From: Octopus vulgaris
Taxonomy: Eukaryota
NCBI GenBank assembly: GCA_951406725.2
Contig: OX597817.1
Location: 62,434,001-62,498,000, forward strand
Length of the DNA: 64,000 nucleotides
Reading direction: 5' to 3'
This document shows positions 13,386 through 26,395 of this stretch, piece by piece. Numbering within the stretch: the first letter of the stretch is position 1; the number at the start of each line of letters is the position of its first letter. The notes under the pieces were generated by a model. It searched no databases, was not told the origin of the DNA, and saw only the letters and a list, made by a program, of their open reading frames with translations. Made by a program: the position numbers and the translations under genes.

Positions 13386-13986
13386 GTTGGGATGTTATTC
13401 ATTAATTCATGGTTCGTTCTCCCGGAAGAATGGTGGCAGCACAGCCAGGCAATGCTATACTAACTGCAAATATTATTTGTTGCCTTACCTTGGAGAGAAA
13501 AAATATTATTACAAATGTTTTACCTATGCCACCAGGAGCAGCAAGAAAGAAAATTCCTCCGCTTTTTTATCCAACCTCTTTCAACCCGCTCTTCCTGAAG
13601 GAGGTTGGAGAAAGCTTAAGGAGCTGATTGTATGGACTCAGTTTAAGGTGTAAAAGTGTAGGTTCATAACCCTCAAGAAAGATAAGATGGTAGAAAAATC
13701 ATTTCAGGTAAATGGAGAGGACACCTTTGGGTTTCAGAACAAAGGGTCAGTTGTCTCTCGTCTTTCACGAAAAAATATATTGGGCCAAGGGAAAATATTT
13801 CATATGGAAGGTTGGCAACAAGGACATCCAGCTGTAGTAAATCTGACTCAGTAATTTCTGCAACCATGGAAAAGTGAACGCTAAAAAATGATGACGATAG
13901 CAATAATGATGATTAAGATGTATATTTTTATAAATAGTATGATTTAATTTTTCATTATTGAATTGATAAAAAGTGGGTTTTTTTTC

Positions 13987-14040
<54 letters not shown>

Positions 14041-14128
14041 CAAAATAAGCAACACGGATATACAAGGTAGTGTAGTACAATTGTTTCGTGCTACTTTATT
14101 TTATTAAACACTGTAAGTATTGCATCAG

Positions 14129-14153
<25 letters not shown>

Positions 14154-14166
<13 letters not shown>

Positions 14167-14431
14167 TTAGAGACAAAACCACTATTTTGCAAATCAAACA
14201 AGGAAAGACTTAATCAATACATAAAAAAATTTTAATATAAAGTAAATAAATATTTATTTACTTTATTTACTTTATATTACAATTTTTTTATGTATTGATT
14301 AAGTCTTTCCTTGTTTGATTTGCAAAATAGCGGTTTTGTCTCTAATTAATATTATATAATATTTTACTATAAAATTGGATTCAATCCTAAATCTGATTTT
14401 TCCTGTAAATTTGGATTTATTCCCTAATATT

Positions 14432-14437
<6 letters not shown>
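14154..14437. mobile_element. TA-flanked fold-back element: ~97-bp arms (14154-14250 / 14262-14358) plus ~80-bp tail
   Basis: Near-perfect inverted repeat (2 mismatches seen) between (TA)n arrays. Confidence 0.8.
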
Positions 14438-14470
<33 letters not shown>

Positions 14471-14589
14471 ACTTTCCTGTCAGCAGGCAACGTTTCAGGG
14501 TTCGGAAATTTTTTGCCGAACAAGCACACAGATTATTTGTTTATAGTGATCACATGTTTGTGTATATATAAGCTTACTCCCTCCATCAA

Positions 14590-14752
14590 ATCGACATTAT
14601 CTGTGCAGATGCACCATGTGCCACATGTCAGATGACGAAATGATCGTAGCGCAAAGTGAAATGAAGCGCTATACTCAAGAACGCAACGCAACACCCGGTC
14701 TGGGAATCGAATCCACAACCTCGCAGTCGTGGGTGTAATACCCTAACCCCAA
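14590..14752 (-). mobile_element. tRNA-derived SINE fragment
   Basis: The minus strand has A/B-box-like GGTTAGGGTATTACAC...GGATTCGATTCCCAGACCGGG. Confidence 0.55.
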
Positions 14753-16210
14753 AGTATGTATGCATACACATTTTCTTACAGCGTATTATATCTTTGAGCA
14801 ACTTTCTGTTTTCCTGTTTGTCTCTCTGTAAATGCACTTGGCTATGTTTTTGTGTCTATGACTGCAGGCTTCTATAAACGCCCCAAATATAAAAATATAT
14901 TGAAAAAGAATGTAAAATTGCATGGATGTTGTGCTCTACATTTTATTCCCAGAATTAATAAAAGTATTCCTATTTCCAATTAAATAACATTGCGCTCGGG
15001 AATTGAATTGTCATTGGTCAGGAACTTTGACATATTATATCAGATTTCTTATTGGAATACTTCTTGCTTTAATTTTCATGACTTTTTCAATTTTTGCTAT
15101 TGGACCTCGTTTCGATGAGTTGTGATCATTATCGCCATTGCAATTATCGCTTTCATAACAAGCGTCTGACTTTGGAGGCAACTCTCCCTCTCTCTCAAGG
15201 AAGTCACTCTTATGCGACTAGAAAAACTCACAGACAAAATGGATAAAGGATAATTTGGTGCAAGTTGAAGTATCAGATGAAAACAAAAGATAGGATGGCC
15301 GAAGATTGAACGTTTTTGATTATAGATCTACTCAATAAGAGCTGGCATTGGGTTAAACAACAGCATTAAAAACAAAAGCAGTAATAACAAAAATCACCTC
15401 AGACAGCTTTGTTAGAAATAGTGAGCAAGTACGCCTATTGTTTCGAAACATAGAACACATTGGGTGAAGTCGTTCTAATTAACCCGTCTGAATAACAAAA
15501 AAAATACACAAAAACACATAACTAAATGAATACTTATCTTCTTTTTCTATTTTTGCAATGAGATATCCATGGAGTTACTACAATTATTTTATTTTCATTC
15601 TATTTTTCTATTTTATTAATTTCAAGTATTGTGGCGAGTCATCGGACTGATGTTAAAAAAAATTTAATTTTCTGTTTTCAATTAACCTTAATAACCTCTG
15701 CAATATCTTTCTATTGATTTCCCTGAAGATTGTCATTTATTGATAACATTGCAACAGTACTCCTCCTCTTCTATCTCTTCGACGACTTTCTATTTCCAGC
15801 TGAATCTTTCGAACCATTGGAGACTGACTAAATCAAATTTGGTGACCAATCGTTGTCCTCTTAAATTTGCATCTATTTAACAGCTGTGATTATTAAAATT
15901 AATATATAATTCATAACTGAACATGTAATTTTATACACATAGACACACACAGACATATAAATATGGGGGGGGGAGCTGTGTATGTGTGTTTGTGTGTGTA
16001 TGTCTCTCACTCTCTCTCGCTCTCTCTCCCTCTCTCCCTCTCTATGTGTGTGTCTGTGTGTGTGTGCGAACCTATGTATGTATAATTTTAATATTTTGAC
16101 TTAAGCTCCAAATGACATTAACTCGCGGGCGCGTAGGACGAGCCCATCTCATCAGGTTCCAGGGACAGAATAAGCGATTACATATGCATGTCTATATTAC
16201 ATCTTGGTTA

Positions 16211-17150
16211 AAGGCGACGAGCTGGCAGAAACGCTAGCACGCCGGGCGAAATGGGTAGCCGTATTCCGTCTGCCGTTACGTTCTGAGTTCAAATTCCGCC
16301 GAGGTCGACTTTGCGTTTCATACTTTCGAGGTCGATAAATTAAGTACCAGTTACGCGCTGGGGTCGATGTAATCGACTTAATCCGTTTGTCTATACTTGT
16401 TTGTCCCCTCTGTGATTAGCCCATTGTGGGTAGTAAAGAAATAGGTATTTTATCTACCGCTACGTTCTGAGTTTATATTCCGCCGAGGTCGACTTTGCCT
16501 TTCATCCTTTCGGGGTCGATTAAATAAGTACCAGTTACGCACTGGGGTCGATATGATCGACTTAATCCGTTTGTCTGTCCTTGTTTGTCCCCTCAGTGTT
16601 TAGCCCTTGTGGGTAGTAAAGAAATATGTATTTCGTCTGTTTTTACGCTCGTCGAGGTCGACTTTGCCTTTCATTCTTTCGGGGTCGATAAATTAGTACC
16701 AATTACGCACTGGGTCCGATGTAATCGACTTAATCCGTTTGTCTGTCCTTGTTTGTCCCCTCTATGTTTAGCCCCTTGTGGAGAATAAAGAAATAAGAAA
16801 CGTTAGCACGCCGGGCGAAATGCTTAACGGTAACTTGTCTTCCGCTACGTTCTGAGTTCAAATTCCGCCGAGGTCAACTTTGCCTCTCATCCTTTCGGAG
16901 TCGATTAAATAAGTACCAGTTACGCACTGGGGTCGATATAATAGACTTAGTACGTTTGTCTGTGCTGGTTTGTTCCCTCTGTGTGTAGCCCCTTGTGGGC
17001 AGTAAAGAAATAGGTATTTCGCCTGTCTTTACGTTCTAAGTTCGAATTCCGTCGAGGTCGATAAATTAAGTATTAGTTGTGTACTGGGGTCGATCTAATT
17101 GACTGGCCCCCTCCCAAAAACCTCCGGGACTTGTGCCTAGAGTAGAAAAT
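16211..17150 (+). mobile_element. Multimeric Nin-domain SINE, about 5 tandem ~190-bp units
   Basis: Repeated GTTCTGAGTTCAAATTCCGCCGAGGTCGACTTTGCCTTTCATCCTTTCGGGGTCGATAAATTAAGTACCAG; imperfect TSD ATATTAYATCT. Confidence 0.85.
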
Positions 17151-17645
17151 ATTATATCTAGATTGATAGATAGATATATAATTTCTCGCTCGTCTTTGCA
17201 ACCTGATCAGGTAGACACATCCAAAGAGCCCACGATTTATATATATATATATCACTCGGGATCCCTTGGTAACAATGTAATCTTCATTTCAATAAAGTAT
17301 ATTCGGCCTAGTTGAATACCCCTCCTTTAGAAATTATTACTTCCAAGGTTCTGGTAGCTAGGAAATATATGTAGCCTGGATTTTACCTATTCCATTCTCC
17401 CAATTTGAGTTTTTATTTACATTCATAGCAACCCTAGAAGCTAACCGTGCGCAATAGAATAACTTTTTTCAGCTTATTGAACTTCAACATGGAAAAATCT
17501 ACAACCTTCTTCATCCAAAGCCTATCATTGTTCCTCAAAGTTGTATTTTTTATCTACTAAGGCCTGCTCGAAGTTTACTAGCTTCTTACAACTTGATCCT
17601 TGGACCTTAACTCTAGATATTATATATGTGTATATATATATACAC

Positions 17646-17690
<45 letters not shown>

Positions 17691-17691
17691 C

Positions 17692-17749
<58 letters not shown>

Positions 17750-17892
17750 TGAGTGTATTTTTACCTTGTTAACAATTAACACGGAAAAATAAATAAATAG
17801 TTACCAGGGCAGCAAAAATCTCACAAGTAAAGTTGTTGTACCTCCTTGTTTATAAAGGTAGAAACTTCGTATTTACTTTGAATATTTGAATA

Positions 17893-18262
17893 ATATGAAT
17901 AAAAAATGGAGTTAACGCAGGTGTAAACAAATATTTTTACTTTCGACACATGTTTCGAAAATTCCACTGATACTATTCAAAAGAATAAATGGTATAAACA
18001 ATGCAATCTTCTCTTAGCTACTTATGACGTTATATCATATCACGTTTTTTTAAACAATATTAATAGCGTTCTGTCTATCGCTATACAAATCCATCATTTT
18101 TTGCTAAAATGTCTTATTGACGAGTTTCGTTTTTTTCACTTTCCCGAAGAGAAGATTGCATTGTTTATACCATTTATTCTTTTGAATAGTATCAGTGGAA
18201 TTTTCGAAACATGTGTCGAAATTAAAAATATTTGTTTACACCTGCGTTAACTCCATTTTTTA

Positions 18263-18269
<7 letters not shown>
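17893..18269. mobile_element. Inverted-repeat element with 123-bp arms (17893-18015 / 18147-18269), resembling a PLE terminal repeat
   Basis: Near-perfect inverted repeat ending in (TA)n and containing a hammerhead-like motif. Confidence 0.85.
18140..18221 (+). ncRNA. Type-I hammerhead ribozyme-like motif (core CCGAAGA)
   Basis: UUUC-CCGAAGA-GAAGAUU...AAUUUUC-GAAA-CAUGUG-UC-GAAA. The left arm keeps GAAAGU, which would give a 6-bp stem I with ACUUUC. Confidence 0.65.
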
Positions 18270-18297
<28 letters not shown>

Positions 18298-18593
18298 GAA
18301 ATTTATAGAAAAGTAGATGAAGACAGGTGGCTAAAGATATTAAAAAAGTTCATAGATATAATTTATTGTAATACTGAAAATTAACAATCTATGGGAGATA
18401 AACATATATATATATTTATGATATATGTCTATATAATGGTGTGTATATATACATATATATGCATATGTGTGTTAGTGAGTCTGGGACATAGGTATATGTG
18501 AACCCGTTTTTAAAATACAATATATATTCGTGATAACAAACAGTTACTAAGCACACGGTAGTAGTAATAGTAATAATAATATTAATAATAATA

Positions 18594-18640
<47 letters not shown>

Positions 18641-19335
18641 CTGGTACCAGAAATTACCAAAAACATATAATGAAAAGAAATATAACAAGTAACTGCAAAA
18701 TATATGGAGATGGATAAGAAACAATAAATCATATTAACTCCTGGCTAACAAGGAATATATTCACAGACACGACAGAGTTGGGACCTACATACACTTGAAG
18801 CTATGTCAACATTATGGAATAACAACAGAAAAAAGATGGTATAGGCACACACCAGAAAAGGTCACAGAAAACGAGAAAGCAACCATACTCTGGGATATGC
18901 CAATACACACAGATACAGAAATTAAGGCCAACAGACCAGATATAGTTGTCAGAGATCATGAAGAAAAAAAATGCTTTCTAATTGATGTATCAATACCAGC
19001 AGATGACAACGTGTCTCTAAAAGAAATGGAGAAGTTTTCAAAATACAAAGACCTGGAAATAGAGGTAATTAGAATGTGGAATCTAAAAACAGAAACAATT
19101 CCTATCATAATAGCTGCATTAGCCATGATAAAAAATATTCAGACAAATACATGACAAAACCCCCAGGACTTACAGACACATATAACATACAGAAAATTGC
19201 ACTACTGGGCACTGCACACATCCTACACAGAACACTTTCAATACAGTAACCATCAGAGCATCACAACAAAATCACAGCACGTACCCAAGGCACACAGAGT
19301 AGTGAAGTGAAAGCACGCTATAAAAATAAAACTAT
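18641..19335 (+). mobile_element. R4/Dong-clade non-LTR retrotransposon 3' fragment (Zn-knuckle remnant plus restriction-like endonuclease)
   Basis: ETINHI, EYIHRHDRVG, ILWDMPIHTD..IKANRPDIVV....CFLIDVSIP, EKFSKYKDL and IQKIALLGTAHIL; flanked by TTA/TAA repeats. Confidence 0.85.
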
Positions 19336-19350
19336 TGAATAATAATAATA

Positions 19351-19400
<50 letters not shown>

Positions 19401-19425
19401 GGTGGTGGTGGCGGTGAGGATGATG

Positions 19426-19481
<56 letters not shown>

Positions 19482-19482
<1 letters not shown>

Positions 19483-19842
19483 GAGAAAATGTGGCATCTC
19501 AAGGCGGTTACAATACCAGTGATCGTAGGAGCACTAGGAATGATCAAGAAGGGAACCGAAAATTATATGAGAATGATCCCTGGCTTACCATCCCTGCAAG
19601 AAGTGCAAAAGATTGTCTTAACTGGTACATCACACGTATTGAGAAGAGCATTGTCGATGTGATAACTGTTGCTGCTCATGTATTTTAATTTAACTTTAAA
19701 AAAAAAAAAATTTAAAAAAAGAATGAACGAACTACTGAGTTTGGTTTAATGGCCTACCAATGTATACTATGAGTTTCTTTGCCCTACGAGTCGGGAAGAC
19801 ACTCGGCAAGAAATGGAAGCAAATTTGAAAGAAGAAAAAAGT
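19482..19842 (+). mobile_element. 3' end of a second, divergent R4/Dong-like family
   Basis: EKMWHLKAVTIPVIVGALGMIKKG...VQKIVLTGTSHVLRRALSM* plus 3' UTR, between (AAT)n arrays. Confidence 0.8.
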
Positions 19843-19886
19843 AATAATAATAATAATAATAATAATAATCATCATCATCATCATCA

Positions 19887-19933
<47 letters not shown>

Positions 19934-19934
19934 T

Positions 19935-20268
19935 GATTCCCATTATTTTATAACTTTCTTCGTGGCATAATCTGCAAATGTTATTACATCTATAAGATGG
20001 GGCTAAAAGACAGGATTTTCCAAGATAATGAGTAATCTATACTGCTTCTTTTGAGTCGCCAATTGTTTTTCCATAGAACTGTGGTATTCGGTTTTCCAGG
20101 GTCATTAATGGAAGATTTATGATTATTTATTTTTAATTTTATAAAATTCTTCGTACAACCAATATATGTATATTTAAAAGAATTATGGGTAATAATGGTT
20201 GCTTGGTATACTACTTCTTTCATTTTGCAATTTCCATCTGCTTCACAAGTACTTGGGTCACTACAATA
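19935..20268 (-). pseudogene. GIY-YIG endonuclease remnant of a second PLE lineage (possibly Naiad-like)
   Basis: CSDPSTCEADGNCKMKEVVYQATI...YIGCT..NHKSS..W.LK..SWKIL, then after a frameshift CRLCHEESYKI. Confidence 0.75.
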
Positions 20269-20694
20269 TATGAATATATATGTGTTAGTGTGTGTGTGTG
20301 TATGTTAGCGCAACTGAAACAATTGTTGGATTTTTAAGGTGTCATCTAAAATAAAGATATCATTTTCTTTGGACATATTGATATATACGCAGTATGTATG
20401 TATATATGTAAGTGTGTGTCTGCATGTATATAAACACACACACACACACATATCAACTCAATGCACACACTGTATCCAGCAGCTTCATTTACTCCTACCA
20501 GCTGACAACAGAGACAGGCACACAGCAATGTCAAACACACTGCATATGTTTGTGCGTGTGTGTGAGAGAGAGAGTGCGCATATATGTAAAAAGTACGATT
20601 TCATTTATACCTTAATACATCATACCCTTATATATCCCAGTCATAGTTGATGTATTTTAAACTTAGAACTTCCCCAAGTTTGAATGACGAGGAA

Positions 20695-20905
20695 TATCGG
20701 TTTCAAGTTTTGGCACAAGGCCAGTAATTTGGGGAAAGGAGCATAAGTCGATTACATTTGGCCCCAATCCTCAACAGGCGCTTATTTTCTTGACCCCGAA
20801 AGATAGACAAAGCCGACCTCGGTGGAAGTTGAACTCAGAACGTAAAGACGGAGGAAATGCCGCTAAGTATTTTTTTCCCGGCGTGATTAACGATGCTGCC
20901 ATCTC
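20695..20905 (-). mobile_element. Nin-domain SINE monomer, diverged
   Basis: Reverse complement of the 16211-type unit with its terminal tail. Confidence 0.7.
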
Positions 20906-21345
20906 ACAATCTTAATGATTGACAAGAAATATTAAGCATTAGTCTTTTGAATGCTCTAAAATTACATCCAACATCAAAATCATTTCATAAAGTTGGGGTG
21001 CAATCAAATAGACGTAGAAAAATTTCTGGAATCCAGGCAACTCTCTTGAGAAAATGCACACATAATGTAACAATATAACAATTACCAATGTACGGTTACC
21101 TGCGACTGCTCTAACTTGAAGATGGCACTTATCATCATTAATATCCAAGAGAGCAACAATTATTTGCACAACCAATTAAAGTAGCAGAGATTCAAAATAA
21201 ACACAGAGGAGTGGCCCGTACTGCTTATATTTATTGATCTTTTCTATGTCATTCTCTCTCTCTCTCTCACTCTCGCTTTCTCTTTCTCTCTTCCTCTCTC
21301 TCTTTCCTCATCTCTCTTGCTCTCGCTCTCTTTCTTTATACATTC

Positions 21346-21423
<78 letters not shown>

Positions 21424-21937
21424 GCATATATGTGTGTGTATGTTTGCATACATACAGAGACACAGACACACACACATACACACACAGATATATATATATA
21501 TATATACATGTATATGTATATATGTATATCAATATATATACATACATATATATCTCAATATATATTAATGGATCTATATCCGTCTCAGTATAGTGTATCA
21601 ATTGATCGAGCACAATCACGTTTCCTGCTTGTGACATTCTCTCACAACTCTCACTCTCTCTGTATACACACACACACACACACATATGGACACACTGCAC
21701 TCACACTCAATCACACACACACATGTATATATATAAACACACACACACACACACACCAGTACGTCAGTGTATGTACGCATGAATGCATGTATATTCATAT
21801 ATAATTAAATATCTGTTTTTAAATATTGATACAAACCATATGTATATACAGATATAAATAGATTTACACAGACTGAGTACACAGGCGCACATACAGGCGC
21901 CCACATAGAAACACATGGTTGTGTGTGTGTATCCTCT

Positions 21938-22131
21938 GTTACTTGTTTCAGTCATTTAACTGCGGCCATGATGGAGCACCGCCTTTAATCGAGCAACTCG
22001 ACCCGGGACTTATTCTTTTGTAAACCCAGTACTTATTCTATCGGTCTCTTTTGCCGAACCGCTAAGTAACGGGGACATAAACAGACCAGCATCGGTTATC
22101 AAGCAATGGTAGGGGACAAACACACCCACGC

Positions 22132-22162
<31 letters not shown>

Positions 22163-22327
22163 TACGACGGGCTTCTTTCAGTTTCCGTCTACCAAATCCA
22201 CTCACAAGGCTTTGGTCGGCCCGAAGCTATAGTAGAAACACTTGGTTAAGGTGCCACGCAGTGGGACTGAATCTGGAACCATGTGGTTGGTAGACAAGCT
22301 ACTTACCACACAGCCACTCCTGCGCCT
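21938..22327 (-). mobile_element. Full-length tRNA-derived SINE with an internal (TA)n tract
   Basis: Minus-strand head GGCGCAGGAGTGGCTGTGTGGTAAG...GGTTCCAGATTCAGTCCCAC; same family as 26396 and 31175. Confidence 0.85.
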
Positions 22328-22725
22328 ATTGTCGTAAACTCTAGACAACGGTTCTCCGCGCTCTGATTTCAAGGATAGCCAGGGTAGACTTGACATGTCT
22401 TTTTATCAGGGTCGAATCAAAGTACTGGTCCAGACTAGGAAAAAATTTTTTTTCTCTGCATCATTATCTCACACTACATCTGTCTTCTACCTTGTCTATC
22501 TCTCCCCTTTTCTCTCCATCTCTTTCCCATTTATCCTAAATTCTGCTTCATCCGCTCAAAGAATCCAACTTAGTTCATACTTCATATCCATTCGGCGCTG
22601 ATATCCAATACGCTTACGATTCCCACGCTACCACTTATTACACGATCGACAGTCATCACGATTCTCTTATAATAACAGAGTTCAACAAATAAGTCATATA
22701 TAGATAGACAGACAGACAGACAGGC

Positions 22726-22801
<76 letters not shown>

Positions 22802-22938
22802 GTTTGTGCGTAAGGTGTATGTGAATATATATATGAGGTTTTGGTATCCAAAGGATCCAAAAGGCAAGTAAAGCTTGGCTTTGTTGTTTCATATTATTTA
22901 ACTTATTTATATATACGCATACATACATACATACATAC

Positions 22939-23002
<64 letters not shown>

Positions 23003-23005
<3 letters not shown>

Positions 23006-23346
23006 CTGAACTCATTAGAAATAGCAGCTAAAAAACTTTTTTAGAACTATCTCCAATACTTAAAGAAAATCTCTCTCGTATAGTGTTTGCTCAATTCAAC
23101 TCACTTCGTGAGTTGAATTGAGCAAACACTATACGAGAGAGATTTTCTTTAAGTATTGGAGATAGTTCTAAAAAAGTTTTTTTAGCTGCTATTTCTAATG
23201 AGTTCAGTATGCGGCAAAGTAATTTATTTTACTAAGCCCTTTTATATAATGTAATAATTTGAATTCGTCTTAAATGGTCCCTTTGTATACTGAATACTTG
23301 GTGAAATTGATTAATTAATTAATTTTACCCTCAATTGTTGAAATTA
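23003..23346. mobile_element. TA-flanked perfect hairpin (102/103-bp arms, 3-nt loop TTC) plus ~135-bp tail
   Basis: 23003-23104 is the reverse complement of 23108-23210 except for one homopolymer base. Confidence 0.9.
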
Positions 23347-23690
23347 TATATATAATATATAATATATAATATATAATATATATAAAGCATTAGGATATCA
23401 TGTAGTGATGCAGTACGACCGTTTCAAGCGGCTCCTTTTAATTTACAATGCATTTAATTGAACAATGCAATCAATACATCAATTTAAATATTATGCCATC
23501 TTCAGCTCCACAAATAAATAAATGGAATTTTAACCGACACATTAATAGAACTTTTCTCAAATATTTTAACAGACCTAGAAGATGGAAGAAATTCATGTTG
23601 TCGCTAAGAATAAACTACACTTCCAAGAATCGCATGAAGCCAATTGGGATAATATATATTGTATATGTATATATATATATATATACATAC

Positions 23691-23745
<55 letters not shown>

Positions 23746-24443
23746 TGTGTGAGTGTGTGTATTTACTCATACACACACACATATTTATTCTTTTCTTATA
23801 TCCACCACCTATGACACGCTTTCAGCTTCATACATATTATTATTGGAGCAACAGGATACACTCTAGCATGTCTAAAACAAAGTATGGCTGAACTTAAGAT
23901 ATCTTAGACAGAAGGCAAATCCTTAATCCGTACGCTACAAATATTAAGGATAACGATAAAAATCTGCAAGACCTTCTTAAGATTTAAAAAATGATGACTA
24001 AAACCAGGTGCCCATGAAAATTCATTCTAAATTAACAGGAAAAATCGAATATACATACAAAGATCCATACATACATACATGCATACATACGTCTCTGTGT
24101 GGATGTTGGTCTAGGTCTCTGCGTGTTGAATAGTATACATGTGTCTTTAAAAGTATATTTATCGCTATGCTGTGAAAGTTGTTATTGTTATAAGCCAATG
24201 GTATCATCCTAAGTGGTGAGGAAATATTTGTGTCTAGACAGGACAAACCAACTAAAGCAACGAGAGTTTGAATACAAATGTCTTAAGTGTTGGTCGATAT
24301 ATTTTGTTGATTCTGCAAATATAGAAAAAAATTCTTGTTCTTTATCTCCGAGTCCGTCGCATATCACATTCATACTTCTCTATCTCTACTGCTAACTCAT
24401 CTCTTTTCTATTCCTCTCTCTCTCCCACACACAGTCTCTCTAT

Positions 24444-24559
<116 letters not shown>

Positions 24560-24741
24560 TTATTTATTTAAAAGATGAGTAGTTAGGGTAATACTGTGTG
24601 ACACAGAATCTCCCTGAACACCACGTAAACGGTACACTTGTCTGTGGACTGCTCAACCACATGCACGTTAATTTCAAGAGCAGGGTGTTCCATTGAGGGA
24701 TTAACTGGAGTTCACATCGTCGTAATCGACGGAGTACCAGT

Positions 24742-24777
<36 letters not shown>

Positions 24778-24778
<1 letters not shown>

Positions 24779-25050
24779 CGTGGAACCGCAATGGGCCAGT
24801 GATTAGGGCAGCGGACTCGTGGTCGTGGGATTATGGTTTCAACTCCCACACCTTCAAATCCACGAGGCTCTGACAAGGAGGAGTGGGGAATCATGCTGTA
24901 CTTTTTCACCACAACTTTCTCTCATTGTTTCTTCTTGTTTCTGTTGTACTTGTATTTCAAAGGGCTAGCCTTGTCACACACTGTGCCACGCTGAATCTCC
25001 TTGAGAACTACCTTAAGGGTACACGTAAATTTCACACCGACGGAATGTCA
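24778..25050 (+). mobile_element. tRNA-derived SINE, third family; related sequence at 24590-24745 and 37905-38095
   Basis: Shared GCGGACTCGTGGTCG...CCACGAGGCTC...CACAACTTTCTCTCA. Confidence 0.65.
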
Positions 25051-25112
25051 CGATATATGTATGTGACACACACACGCACGCACACAGACATGTGTGTGTA
25101 CCTGTATATATG

Positions 25113-25155
<43 letters not shown>

Positions 25156-26395
25156 GAGAGTGAGAGAGGGGACATACCCAAAGGAAGATGGCATAGGCTA
25201 AAGCGACTGCATAACATAGACGAAGCCGTTTTAGTCTGATTTTCCCTTCATGTACTGATGTTGAAGAGTATTGTTGGGCGTGAATTTGTCAATTAGTTGG
25301 TTTACGATATGTGTGTAAGCACAACTGAATGTTGTAGGTAGAATACAAACTGTGAACCTGTTGATCAAATTCTGCTATACTCATACCGAAATATGAATGA
25401 CAACACTAAATACATTCGCCATATAGTTATACAAGGTGTAGATTTAGAGAAAAGGGAAAATGCCATGCTCTTGTATTCGCTTAAAAAACTTTGAGTATAA
25501 CGATGCCTGTACAACTATTAAGACATATTTGGATACTGTAAAAGGGTTAATGGTTTTTATCTTTGTATAATTACTAATGAGCTTACTTGCTTTTCCTCTC
25601 ATCGTCTAATTGCTTAGGCTCTTTTATTCAGCAATTTAATTAATTTAGAGCTCAAAGAGGTTATTTCGAGAAAGATGGCCTACTGTTTTTATTTGACAGC
25701 AAAACACTATTTAAATCACACAGTCTTGAACACTGAAAACTATATTGAATAATATAATCCTAAATTATTAAGTATGACTAGAAACAGTAATATATTGGAG
25801 TGGATGCTACAAATAAATCTTGTAAGCATGTGAATATTCTTTTAAATACTGTGAAGACAACGTATAAGGATGTAAACAAAGTTCATGTTTGTAAAGTTCC
25901 TGTTTGCTAAGTAGAAATACGCGTGAAAGCATCTTTGGTGAGGGAAGAGGATAAATCAAACAATATTTCATGGTAAAGTAACAAAACTTGAAGCAGAAAC
26001 ATCATTTTGTAAAATGTTTGTATATAAATGAGAAACGTGTCATATTGAATATATTTAATAGAAAGTTTATATGCTTACATATTTGATAGTTTAGATATAA
26101 ACTATTAAAGAATACTTTAATATCAATGAATATGATATTCTTTAATAGTATATAAATAATATGATTTCAGGTATTAAAACATTTTTCGTATACGAATGTG
26201 TTTACTTTTACAATGGTACAACATTGAATGGTTGCAGGAATTAAAGTTATAACGTAATTTGGCTGTAAAAAAAACATAAAATTTAAAATTTGAAAAACTA
26301 CAAAAACCAAAAGCAGCAGAATATTCCGCGGATGCAACTTCACATATCTCATCATAAAATTTCAATTTGATTTGAAATTTTGTTTTAGAATTATA

